In this document: positions 25,501-36,510 of the stretch, one piece after another
How the letters are laid out: every line of letters begins with the position of its first letter
How positions within the stretch are numbered: position 1 is the first letter of the stretch
From: Convolutriloba macropyga
Lineage: Eukaryota
Assembly: GCF_964194025.1 (NCBI RefSeq)
Contig: NC_134470.1
Coordinates: 80,166,001-80,230,000 of the forward strand
DNA length: 64,000 nt
Reading direction: 5' to 3'
Program-made: the position numbers and the translations under genes
The notes under the pieces: model-generated
Databases searched by the model: none
What the model saw: only the letters and a program-made list of their open reading frames with translations
Told to the model about the DNA's origin: nothing

Positions 25501-26500
25501 AGAAGAATTTTGAACTGGTGTCGGGATTAGACGAGGAACACTGCCATCTTCCACATGTTTTTTCGATTAAAAAAATAGCGTTCAAAATCAAGCGTATTTG
25601 AATACGAAATAGTTTGACTTAAAATACATCATTGGAACTCGAGTTTTTTTGAATTTTCTTCAAGAAAAAAATACAGTGGCAATAAGATTCAAAAGCTGCT
25701 GAGTTATAGTGTCAAAAAATAGTTCGGTTTTCGAACATAATTAATAAAATATTTTAAAAAATAGCAGCATTTAAATAAAATACTGATGGCGCAGCTCTCC
25801 TCAAAAACGCTGTTTCCGGGGCTTTTTACGGGTTCGAACGACTTTGAAAATTATGTTAAACACCCTTGTGCTCTTGTAACAACATCAGAATTGGCAAAGA
25901 AAAGAAACATTAAACGGCGACAAAACCGAAATTGATGAACTGCCGCATTGTTTTGCGTTAAGGATACAAAAGTCGGCAATTGATTTCTATCGTACACTTT
26001 CGTAGGACACTAGGAAGCTCTATGATGAGACCGTAAAAACTTTCAGACAAAATTATAACGAGAAACCTATAGTTTTGCGTGGGAGGTTCGCTAGGAGAGT
26101 CCAGCAGACGTGTGAAAAAATAACAAATTGTCTCGGTGATTTGCAAACTTTAGCCTTGAAAGTGTACCCTCAGGGTTATAATCAGATAAGAGAACATCAC
26201 ATTTTGAGGGGATTCCTGGAAGGCATAGAATATAGTCAGGTGCGACGCGATCTGAGAGATAACTTGGGTGACGCGGATGTGACTTTAGACAAAGCTTTAG
26301 AAAGAGCACTACATATTTAAGCAGTCACGAGAATTGAGGAGGAGGATAATGAGCCGCGGGTTTCTGCTGTCCAGTTGAAGGAGAACACTCAGCTACTTAA
26401 TTCGATTGGCGATTTAGTGCGAACACTGCCGACTAACCAATCTTACAGGCAAGATAATCAAAAGTTTTCATGGCAAGGCGCGAGGCTAAAAAAGATTCTG
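19224..26500 (+). repeat. Five tandem ~1.46 kb units of partial LTR + PBS + leader + 5' gag
   Basis: gagcgaaatcaacgaaac starts at 19224, 20691, 22147, 23610 and 25083. Confidence 0.97.
19503..19513 (+). promoter_or_regulatory. Gypsy primer binding site TGGCGA(T/C)AGAG (repeated near 20968, 22425, 23888, 25362)
   Basis: TGG-initiated motif 1 nt after the LTR end; cognate tRNA not determined. Confidence 0.75.
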
Positions 26501-26800
26501 CGCGGAAGCGGGAGTAGTTCAAGAGAGACCGGAGAGAGAAATAGGAGCTATAATAGCTATCACAGAAGCAGCGCTTATACAGTAGGGCGCGATCCCAAAC
26601 ACCAGGAGGCGAGAACAGAAGACAAGGTCGGTCGCACGAGAGTTGTGCCGAGCAGTCAAGACATCGGTGAGTTTTGAGAGAGAAAAATGTCACCGTTGCG
26701 CTCAGCGAAATCAGGCATCTAAGGACTTCTAGATTTGTTTTGAATGTGGGAGTCAAAATCATTTCAAACGATTTTGCCCGTATTTAAACGAGAACTAGCT
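25786..26800 (+). pseudogene. Gypsy gag (disrupted) with CCHC knuckle
   Basis: MAQLSSKTLFPGLFTGSNDF..., LARRVQQ..E....LGDLQTLA, and CFECGSQNHFKRFC at ~26735-26778. Confidence 0.85.
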
Positions 26801-29800
26801 GAAGATGGCAGGGCTTCATTTTCAGCAAGCTACGTAAAAACGTAGAAACAGCCCAGTGGAGGCCTTGTTTCACAATATAATGACAAAAGACTAACTGATA
26901 ATGGCTTGATTCATAGTGGAAGTAGTAATAATCTCTTAAGCGACACACTCTACCAACAACTCGGGGAACCGAGCCAGATCAGAATATGCAATAAAAACAT
27001 AATAGCTGCCAACAATGGAAAAATGCCTTTAAAACGGTCATCAGCTATTCAGGTCCAACTTCAAAAAATTTACTACTGAGATAGCAGTTGAGTTTTTAGT
27101 AACCAAAATTAAGATAACGCCTTGTTTAATGGGCATGGAGTTCTTATATAAATTTGACCGTTTTTTAAACCCCAGAGAAAACGAACTCTTTTGCGGGACA
27201 ATTGGGAAAACATTACAATTTTCCCCATCCCAACGAAGTAATAAGTACCTGTTTTTAATTGCTGCTGAGGATCACGAATTACCCCGCCTCCGCGAAAGTT
27301 TCATTAAATTCCAAAATTGTCGGTGAAGAAGGTAACATAACACAGCGAACAGAAATTATAGTCGAACCCATGAAAGAGTTTGAAGACAAATCACATGTAT
27401 TATTTGCGAGATCGCTAAATGACATTGTTAATGATGTCATATGGGTTCGAGTTCTGGATTCTACACTACAGCCAAAGAAAGTTTACACAAATGCGAGAAT
27501 TGCATGTGCGGAAAACATTGAAAAAATTTCAAGAATTTAACAAAATAACCCTGATAAAAGAACAAAACATAGAGATGAGTTTGACTTTGAGAAGCATGTG
27601 AACGCAAGATCAATGAGCTTGTCTTGAGGAGGAAATGACAAAGGTGAGGTCACAAAATTGAGGTCACAAAAGTGAGGAAAAGACAAAATGTGAAACAATA
27701 TTTTCGCCAAACTCAATTGATATGGGATTTCGTGACCGAATATATCATAAAATAAAAATAAAAAAGGATGCTGTGCCTTTCAAACAAACATACGGCAGCA
27801 TGAGATTTGAGAAAAGAAAAGCAATGAAAAAACCGTTGCAAACTTAGAACGAGAAGACTTAGTCGAACCAACACATTCCGACTGGGCAGCACTATCATTA
27901 CTTGTACCAAGAAAGATGGAACCTATAGCTTGGTTGTAGACTATCGGCGTCTGAAAATACTAAAAGAAAAATCATTCTGGCCTTTACCACGAATTAATGT
28001 GGTTATTGACTCACTGGAGGGAAACATTTACTTCTCGAACATAGATCTCTTGTTGGGATACTTTCAGATGGCGACCGAGGAAGAGAATCAGAATTGAACA
28101 GCTTTTATAACGCCTCTAGGCCTGTATAGGTGGAAATGACTCCCTATGGGACTAGCGTGTGCTTCGGGTGCTTTTCAAAACCTAATGGAGTTAACTTTTG
28201 CTGACATCATCCCTGAAGAAAATTAGGGCCTTTCTAGGCCTTGTGGGCTATTATCGAAAAGTTTTTCTGGGTTCCGGAAAAACAGCAGAACCTCTTTACA
28301 GTTCACTGAATAAGTCAAATAAAATTGAATGGAGTACAGAGTGCAAAAAAGCGGTAACCGAGTTAAAAAAAGGCTTTTGGACGCCCCAGTTTTAGAATAC
28401 CCAAACGATAGGGATAAGTATACATTAACTACGGATGCTTCGTTGACAGGAATTGGAGCAATTCCTACCGAAAAGAAAGGAACCGAGGATAGAGTTAATG
28501 TACATGCTAGCAAAACCCTGAGTAAAAGTCAGCGAATTTATTCAGTCACTACGCGGGAACTAATTGCAATTGTTCATTATACTCAACATTTTAAAAACTA
28601 TTTACTTAAACATCACTTTTTAATTATAACGGACCAACGGTTTCTTGTCTAGGTCTATAGTTTTAAAAAACCAGACAGTATGGTGGCAAGATGGATAGAG
28701 AAAATTGGGCAATTTAACTTTGACATCAAACATAGGGCAGGAAAAAAATTCGCACACTCTGACTGTCTGTCGCGCAGAAGCACAGAAGACGATGAACAAA
28801 CAGCTTTTGTTAACGCTATTGCGATGGACGCAGAGCAACACAATACAAATTATGGTAGTCGAGGTTGGCAGTTAGACAAACTGCAGAGAGTAAAACTGCC
28901 AGATTCGCAGCAAAATGAGAAAATAATCAAAGATGTATACTCCTGGGTACTAAACAAAAAAAGACCGGAACCACGGAAAATGAAAAATGGAGCATCAAAG
29001 GTGTTATGGAAATACTCGGTTCAGTATAAAAATCTTTGTCTCATAGACGGGATTTTGTATTGTAAACACCAAACAGAGTCAAACTATGAGACTGTTTACC
29101 AAACGCTTGTACCATGGGAGAGAGCTCGAGCTGTTGCATGAATCCACTAGCGCAGTTCACTTTGGGATTGAGAAAACATACCAAAGTGCTCGTGAAAAAT
29201 TTTTTGGCCGTGCTAAAGAAGGGACGAAAGAAACTGAATATAAAGCTGTTACGTGTGCCTAAAAAGGAAAAGGACTAAGCAGAGACATCGGAAATCACTC
29301 ACAAAATGGAAACCTAGTCATCCATTTTGGCAAGTATCTCTTGATATCATGGGTCCATTTCCCGAGTCTCGGGGAAACAAGTACATTTTGCTTATTGGTG
29401 ATCAATTCAGTAAGTGTTACGAAGCCGTAGCTTTACCCAATCAAGAAGCAAAAACCGCGTCAAGAGCGTTTGTTGAACGCTGGATAGTCAGATTCGGCTG
29501 TCTAGTCAAACTACACAGTGACCAAGGGTTTATCTTTATGTCAAAATTATTTTGTAGTCTTTGCAGTGAACTAGGAAATCAGAGGACATCAATCATATCC
29601 TACCACCCAGAAAGGAACGCGATGATGGGAAAAAGAAATCGGACAACAGAAGAATGTCTCTCCAAGCACATGGGCCAATATCAGCATGAGTAGTGGACCA
29701 AATTTCTACAATTAGCGATGATGGCCTATCTATCATCCATCCATAGTGTAACAAAATACAGCCCAGCGTGTGTGGTACTAGGTTTTCCACTGTCGCTACC

Positions 29801-30040
29801 TATAGACTGCATCTATAGCACACCACAGACGGCAACATATGCAACACCAAGTGACTATGTTTTCACAATGAAACAGAAACTACAGGAAACGAATCAGTTG
29901 TTGCGAGAATATATATGGATGTCGAACAAGAACTTCAGAAGACCTAATATGATCGCAGTAGGTATACACCAAGCTATAAAATTAGCGAAGAAGTGTTAGT
30001 TTTCAACCCAACGGCTAAAAAAGGAGTAACAAAATTCTAA
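26800..30040 (+). pseudogene. Gypsy pol (PR-RT-RNase H-IN), frameshifted, RT core partly deleted
   Basis: GLIHSGS (mutated protease site), KKDGTYSLVVDYRRL, AFLGLVGYYRK, LTTDASLTGIGA, VSLDIMGPFP, LHSDQG, SYHPERNAM. No YLDD motif between 28190 and 28220. Confidence 0.93.
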
Positions 30041-32185
30041 AACCAGAAAAAACCACAGGAATCTATTTGTAAATTAAAAAGTACTGAAGAAAAGATTAAT
30101 TGTGATTCCAAGGCACCAAAAACGGCTACAAGCTCGAGCAGCCGATTCAAATCGGTGCATGAGAAATTGAAGAATTACTTTACTGGGCAAGATGATTAGT
30201 ACTTCAGCTGTCAGGAAACTGATGATGTTTTTGTTTCAGGAAAATCCTGAAAGAAAAAATGGAATCGAAAAGAAAGACAATTCCGTCCGGAGCAGTGTGT
30301 GATGGAGTATCACTATAATTGTATCTGGCATTGCCAGCCATTTTTGGTTCTCCATCACTTTGTATCAAATTATACGGTAATGATTTTGTCAATATCGTAT
30401 CAACAAAGATCTATTCACTAGATCACACTACAAAATGTGATAACAAATTTCGAGTATCGGAAACAAAGGAAGAGGGTAGTTTGATATATGCTGAGGTTCA
30501 GCCTGAGATAGAAAACGGCATATACAGTGTCGGCAGTTTAAAAAAGCAACGTATATGACGAAGTTGTTTTTCTCACAAAAAATTCGAGACTACTAAAATC
30601 AATATGCTCCTTAAATGAAGGAGTTTGTAGGAACATTTGGCAGAACGAAAAGTTTGCCATATCAGGTTTTGGAGATAGGACATTTAAAGTCAAGATGTCG
30701 GTAACTGAAAAAAATTTACGACAGGCCACTGACACCAATTATGTCAAAGAGCATAGTCAAAGCTTCATGGCAAAAATGGGTGCGAAGGTTTCACCTACAG
30801 GCGTGGGTTTCACCTACAGGAGAAAAATTTATTGGAAATGTGGTAATCAATGCAAAAATTTACATCGGATAAATTTGGGGGAAATAGCTACAAAGAATCC
30901 TATTAAAAATTAAGGATCCCTTATGTGTCTCGAAAACTGTTTTCATCGAAACCACATATTTTGAAGACAATTTAGAAAAACTATTTTTTTGAAAATCAAT
31001 GTGAGCAAACATGTCAAAAGATCAAACATTTTATTAAAGAGGACGCTCTAAAAACTTTTGGTAACAACAAGACCACTTTTATCAGAGGAAAAACTTTAAA
31101 CAAAAAGAAAATAGAAGAATTTGCAATAGAATTTTTAGAGGAAAAAGCAATTAGTTTGTGTTTACAGCAGTTGGAAACAACCGGAATTCCAGGTGTTTTT
31201 ACTCCGAGGAGAGTTCAGAACTGAAAACTGGTAATCTTAAAATAACCATGGAAATGATTCTTGCAAGCGTTGTTGACACCTTTAATTCCTTCTCAAAGAA
31301 AGTGAATTTTTGTAATGAAAATTGGAACGCTCCAATGCGAGATTCAACGACTGAAAATTCAGACAATGATTGAAATATCAAAAAAGATTGTTAGTCCATA
31401 AGTAAAGTTCGTCGAGAAAGGAACTCACTTTGAAAGAGCAGGTTCTTTGCTATATGATCATAAATGAGCCAAGATGGTAGCAACAATAATTAAACTTCCT
31501 TTTTACACAGAAGAAGTTCCTGTGTTAGTAGAGGGACAGAACTTCCCACCTATTAGATATATGGAACCTATTACAAAAGTTTATACAATCATAATTATAC
31601 AATCAACCCGCTGTAACCAAATGTTGTCCAATTAGAAGACAACAGTTTTCAACAATATAGAGAAACATTGAAGAAATTCAATCCTGAGATATGTCATTGT
31701 CGATAAATGGTAACTTAAATTTAAGTGAGGAAAACCTGCATCGCAGCCTTTTCTCTACATCAGACGTCAAACAGTGTCAAATTGCTCGAACAGTTCGCCA
31801 TAATAGTAAAGGAAATATCAGTCGGGAAGCATTCCGAGATTCGGAAGAAAAATACAGTCACGAAATTTTTTTCCATTCGAACGACCAGTTCCAACATGAA
31901 CTTTTTCTAACAAATAAAATCACAATTTTTCGGAATTCAAGAACCGAGTCTTAACAGTCTATCTCATTTTTCAATTTGTGAAAAAGTTTCCTAAATTGCT
32001 CATCAATTTAGGATTAGTTTTTAATGGAGCGTCTTGGCAGCAATTAATGGGGAATCTTGACCAAATAACGGGAACACGTTTGTATAATCAATTACTCAAT
32101 TTAATAAATGAACGCCGAAAACAAAAGAAAATTATTGAAAAAAAGAGTCCTTAAAAGAGTCAGATGTTTAAAACATAGAAGAAAC

Positions 32186-32492
32186 GTCTCAAGTTCGAGA
32201 CTAAAAAAAAAGAAAAGAAGGGAAAAAAGAAAGAAAAAGAAAAATAGGTTGTCTCGATTTCAAGACCAAAAAAGGGAGAAACCTCTGGTTTTTGCGACCA
32301 GAAAAAGTGGTCTTGAGTTCAAGACCAAAAAAAGAAGAAAGGGGAACGTCTCGAGTTCGAGTTCAGAAAAATTGTCTTGAATTCGGGACAAAAAAGTTTG
32401 TCTTGAGACCAAGAGCAAAAAAATGGGAACGTTTCGAGTTCGAGACCAAAAAAAGAAAGGAAAAAAAGGGAAAAATCTTGAGTTCAAAAATG
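32186..32492. repeat. Array of ~9 palindromic motifs GTCTYGA-GT-TCRAGAC separated by purine-rich spacers
   Basis: Perfect copy ggtcttgagttcaagacc at 32309-32326; others near 32186, 32251, 32284, 32348, 32374, 32400, 32431 and 32477. Confidence 0.85.
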
Positions 32493-32623
32493 AAAATATT
32501 GAGACAATTTAGAAGCAAAAAGGGTTTTTTATCCAATAAAGCGGGTAACGAGATTTCACAGATTGGTAAATATGTGTACTACATGCCAGAATTGTGGAAT
32601 GTTTTTTATGAGAATCCCCGGGA

Positions 32624-33430
32624 GTGTACCGAGTGAAATCTTGTCTGTCGCGGACCCGGAAAGTATCTACGCTAGAACATCTGGCACCAGCCAATATTCG
32701 GTCGCGTGCTCTGCAGACTGAAGTGGAACTGCAAAACCAGTGCTTGCAGTTAGAGAAGTTGAAGAGTACTAACTCTTCACTTCAAAAAGACCTCATCGAG
32801 CTTCTACAGCAACTGGATAATTATTGCAACAAGACCAAAGAGGCAACAGAGGTAGTTTTGGGAGCGCCAAGTAAATGGAGCGCCAAGTGTGAGGCGTTAC
32901 GAGATAATTTAAAGGCAGCAGCATCCAGAAATGCTGAACAGGACTTCATTGAGGTATTGAAGCAAGATTTGGCCAATTTGAAAGCCAAAGCTGATAAAAA
33001 GGGCAAAGCCATCGAAAACATGGAGAAATTTAATTTCCAATTGAGGTCAGAGCTTGAGCAGCTGGAACACTACAACCAGCACTTGGCCAACGAATGCTGA
33101 AGAAAAAGCCCATCTCTTTGATCGACAAAAGAGTACTCATAGAAACGGAAAAGCCAAAACAAAGGCCATGGAGAAATGTTTATCGGAGATTCGGAACATA
33201 AACGATTTGAAACGCTATACGAAATTTTGTTGGTCACAACTTCTCCTTCAAAAGATCAGATCAAGAAACACTACAACTAAATGAGCCTGTTGATGCACCC
33301 TGATGCTGGTGCAGACAAAGAATTCTTCAAGACCATCAACCGGGCACATCAAATTCTGACAAAAGATGCGGCACGGGAAGCGCACAACATATTTGGACTT
33401 TAGGAGGCAGAAAAAGTTATGAACAACTAA
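32624..33430 (+). pseudogene. Gypsy-borne accessory ORF: coiled coil plus C-terminal DnaJ (J) domain, disrupted
   Basis: 32624-33100 is heptad-rich (L/E/Q/K). 33209-33430 translates ETLYEILLVTTSPSKDQIKKHYN*MSLLMHPDAGADKEFFKTINRAHQILTKDAAREAHNIFGL*EAEKVMNN*, with HPD at 33296-33304. Confidence 0.85.
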
Positions 33431-33544
33431 AACTGATAATTCAACTGTCCATATGAACTCTTTTACAGTAAAACGTTCATATAACAAGTTCTGTGAATGA
33501 ATATATTGTTTGATTTTGAGTGAGTGGTGCACATTAATCTTATT

Positions 33545-33557
33545 AGGAGGGGGGCAG
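33545..33557 (+). promoter_or_regulatory. Gypsy polypurine tract
   Basis: aggaggggggcag immediately before the 3' LTR TG. Confidence 0.9.
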
Positions 33558-33985
33558 TGTGAATGTCACACGTATCTAAAAAGATGTAGTAAAAACCTTG
33601 GTTTTCAAGGTTAAAGATTTAGTTTAAAACTTGATTTCTTACCCAATTTATGGCTAACACAAGGTTGATAGGTGTCAAAAATATGATTAGACAAAGCTCG
33701 GGCTTCGAGCAAAGTCAACGAACCTGACATATATTTGTTGACTTGGTTAATTTACCACAATGATAGCACCGATATTGGGTACCGACCAAAGCGAGAACTA
33801 AACTCATTCATTGAACACCAAACTTAATATGAGAGCTAACCACTCTATTAAATCTTAATCTAATTTCACCAATTTTTCTTCATTTTAATCTAATTAACAA
33901 TTTAACTTCTAATTTTGAATTTTAACCAAGTCCCACGCTCAATTAAATAAAAGACATATAGTATTTAGCACTGGCGGCTACTATA
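33558..33985 (+). repeat. Gypsy 3' LTR
   Basis: tgtgaatgtcacacgta ... ggcggctactata, followed by TSD atca. Confidence 0.92.
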
Positions 33986-35433
33986 ATCATATGCAACTCC
34001 CATAACAAGTCTGGTTCCACTAGTGATATCACCTTTTAACGTCCGCGTAGTATTTTATCTAAATTGTCACTAGTAATGAAACGCCTCCTTTTTGATTATG
34101 TGTATCCTAGGGTTCGCTCTTCTATTTCAAATCAACAGCTTGGCTTTATGCAATCCCTCATCACTGTGACCCAGATATTATCTTACTTGGACCATATCTA
34201 CTCTTTAAGTGACAATAATGTGCCGGTAGTTGAACTATATTTTGACGTAAAGAATGCTTTTGATTCCGCTAAAACAAAACCTATTATGGACGAAACTAGA
34301 AAAGTATGGTTTGGACATCGACTTTCCGACTTTTATGGATTCCTAATTGTTCAACAGAAAATGATGTGTTAAACTCGATTCCTCTCTCTCTCTCTCTCCG
34401 GAGATTCCGGTGATATCTGGTGTTCCCAGGGGCAGTGTACTTGGGCCCTTACTATTCACTCTCTTCAATAATGATATTGGCGACAACCTTGAAAGCAGCA
34501 ACTACTTTCTTTTTTGTGAAGATTCTTTCATCTGCCGAGCCAGGACTAGTGCAGGACGATTTGGATGTCCTTTTTAATTGATGGTCTTCCAATAGTCTAA
34601 CCTTCCAACTGTTCTGTCTAACCCCCAAATGTTCTTTACTGTCTTTTAATTCTACATTTGATTCATCCTTTACGTTGGGTAATGATTTATTCAATTCGAC
34701 GAAGCGAATTAATGACTTCGGTTTTATTTTTAAATCAAATCTGTCTTGGGAAACTCACATCGATGAAAAATTGAGCAAATCATTTCATGTTTTTCATTTT
34801 CTTAGAAGAAATGTTCCTTTTAATGTTTCAGAGAAATGGAAGAAATTCTCCACAGTACACTCATTCAGTCAGTACTATTATACGGAAGTCCTGCTTGGTC
34901 ACCCATAATCACTGAATTGCGAGGGCTGGAAAGATTTCAGTGCTGTGTTGTGAAATGGATCAAAAGCGCCAATGGCTACAACACGAAACTCAAACAATTT
35001 AAAATACTCCCTATATGCTTTCAACTAATAAAAACTCAACTCATCTTATTATGGAATTTGTGCAATGACAAACTTGATATAAGTGATCCCCCATACTTTT
35101 AACCATTTACCCACACGTTCATCAAATCTTTATCTTTTTAACATTCCATCTAGAGGGAAATTTTAGAGCGATAATAATTTCTTCATTCGTGCTCCGAGGA
35201 TTGCTTTTAAAGCTCAGCATAATTTCTTTCGAGATGCCGTTAACTTCATTTAGAACCGCTATATCTAAATATCTGAATACTAAGTTGTATTCTTTTTTAT
35301 TGATAACCCAAGAATTTTTTACAATATAAGTTTTTGTAAATTTTGTCAATCTTATCACACCAGTTCGCTTTTCTTAACTTTGTACTTATCGTATAAAGAA
35401 TCGAGTCTTTTACTACTAATGCTACTACTACTA
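33986..35433 (+). mobile_element. LINE A 3' part: decayed RT and (ACT)n tail
   Basis: QQLGFMQ, YFDVKNAFD, SGVPRGSVLGPLL, LLYGSPAWSP; tail tactactaatgctactactactac at ~35411-35434. Confidence 0.88.
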
Positions 35434-35690
35434 CAAGCTCTACGTCGCCTATGTTGCTCCAATACTCCTGTATGGTTCTCAAATCTGTTGCTTGTCTATT
35501 GCAGACATCACAGCTTTCAAAAATATCCAAGAGAATTGCATTAGATGGTTTTACGGGAGTTCTAGGAACTACTTGGACATACTTCTCACTCAAAAATTTC
35601 TCTCGATGGCTTTTCGAATCCAAGTTGAGGACTACCGGCTGTTCATTCTCTTGGCCCAAAGGAAGCTATTAAGCAACTTCTGTGTATAAT
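35434..35690 (+). mobile_element. LINE fragment (post-RT region)
   Basis: KLYVAYVAPILLYGSQI...IQENCIRWFYG resembles the corresponding region of LINE B (YTGYIVPIISYACQVW...IQKSATKWIIG). Confidence 0.7.
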
Positions 35691-35699
35691 GTTGAAACT

Positions 35700-36510
35700 T
35701 TATCTCTTGGTGTGACGAGAAGACGGAGAAACAGATTCAAACTCAAACGTAAATTAGCCCGTAATTGTAAAAGATTTATACCAGTACTTTGAGGACCTAA
35801 TAGACCTTAACATACCTCGTGGAACACGACATCGTCAGAGTAACCCAACGTAAATAACGCCTAGCACTTCTAATTTTATTGAATGACTACAAACCCAAGA
35901 TCAACTACTTAGTTCAAAGCCCACGAGCTACCGCAAAAGAAATGTAGAGACTTTAAGAGTTGTCGTGACTGAAGCTGCAGAGACAAAAAAGATTTTTTTA
36001 TGAAGAAGGTCTTATGCGTACTCGAAATATATGAATGGTTTTAAGCACTTGAAAAGCTTTAAAAAAATCATGCAGTCTCTCAAACCACTTGCGTTTAAGA
36101 CCAAAACAAACGTAAATGTCTATGACAGGGTAAATATGCCGAATGAGTTCTTCCAATCTTTCTTTTCGCCCAAAATTTCAATCGATATCAACGAAAATGA
36201 TCCTGAAAACCCAGAGTTGTCGACTTTTAGTGCATCGAAAATATCTCTGCAAAATATTCTTCTGACCATAGATCCTAAAAAATCTCGTGCTCCAGACGCC
36301 TTACCACCATTGTGCTACCAGAAAACTTTTAAAGAAATAGTCAACTGCCTGAACTAAATTTTGAAAAGCGTAAAGCGTCTAAGATTTTACCTGATAGTTG
36401 AAAAATTGCAGCAGTTTCCCCAATTTTCAAGAAGAGCGACAGAATATCAATTGAATATTACAAACCAGTTTCTCTGTTGAACATAAACAGTAAAATGTTC
36501 AAAAATTTTT
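35700..36510 (+). mobile_element. LINE fragment (EN-RT linker and RT start)
   Basis: NEFFQSFF, KSRAPDALPP, KIAAVSPIFKK, YKPVSLL. Confidence 0.8.

Larger units (their letters stand above)
19078..33985 (+). mobile_element. Full-length, decayed Gypsy/Ty3 LTR retrotransposon with extra 3' ORF region
   Basis: Paired LTRs, 4-bp TSD ATCA on both sides, PBS, PPT and domain order gag-PR-RT-RH-IN. Confidence 0.95.

Noticed and set aside
19078-26500. Five independent nested Gypsy insertions
   Set aside because: Internal LTR copies all lack the first ~145 bp, share one junction and have no TSDs, which indicates tandem amplification.
32186-32492. Mini-CRISPR from palindromic repeats
   Set aside because: Repeats are degenerate and spacers are variable-length, low-complexity A/G tracts; no cas genes.
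32108-32636. Lys/Arg-rich ORFs
   Set aside because: Translation by-products of poly-purine tracts and the palindrome array.
30300-33430. env gene of an errantivirus-like element
   Set aside because: No signal peptide, furin site or C-terminal TM helix is visible; the region ends in a J-domain instead.
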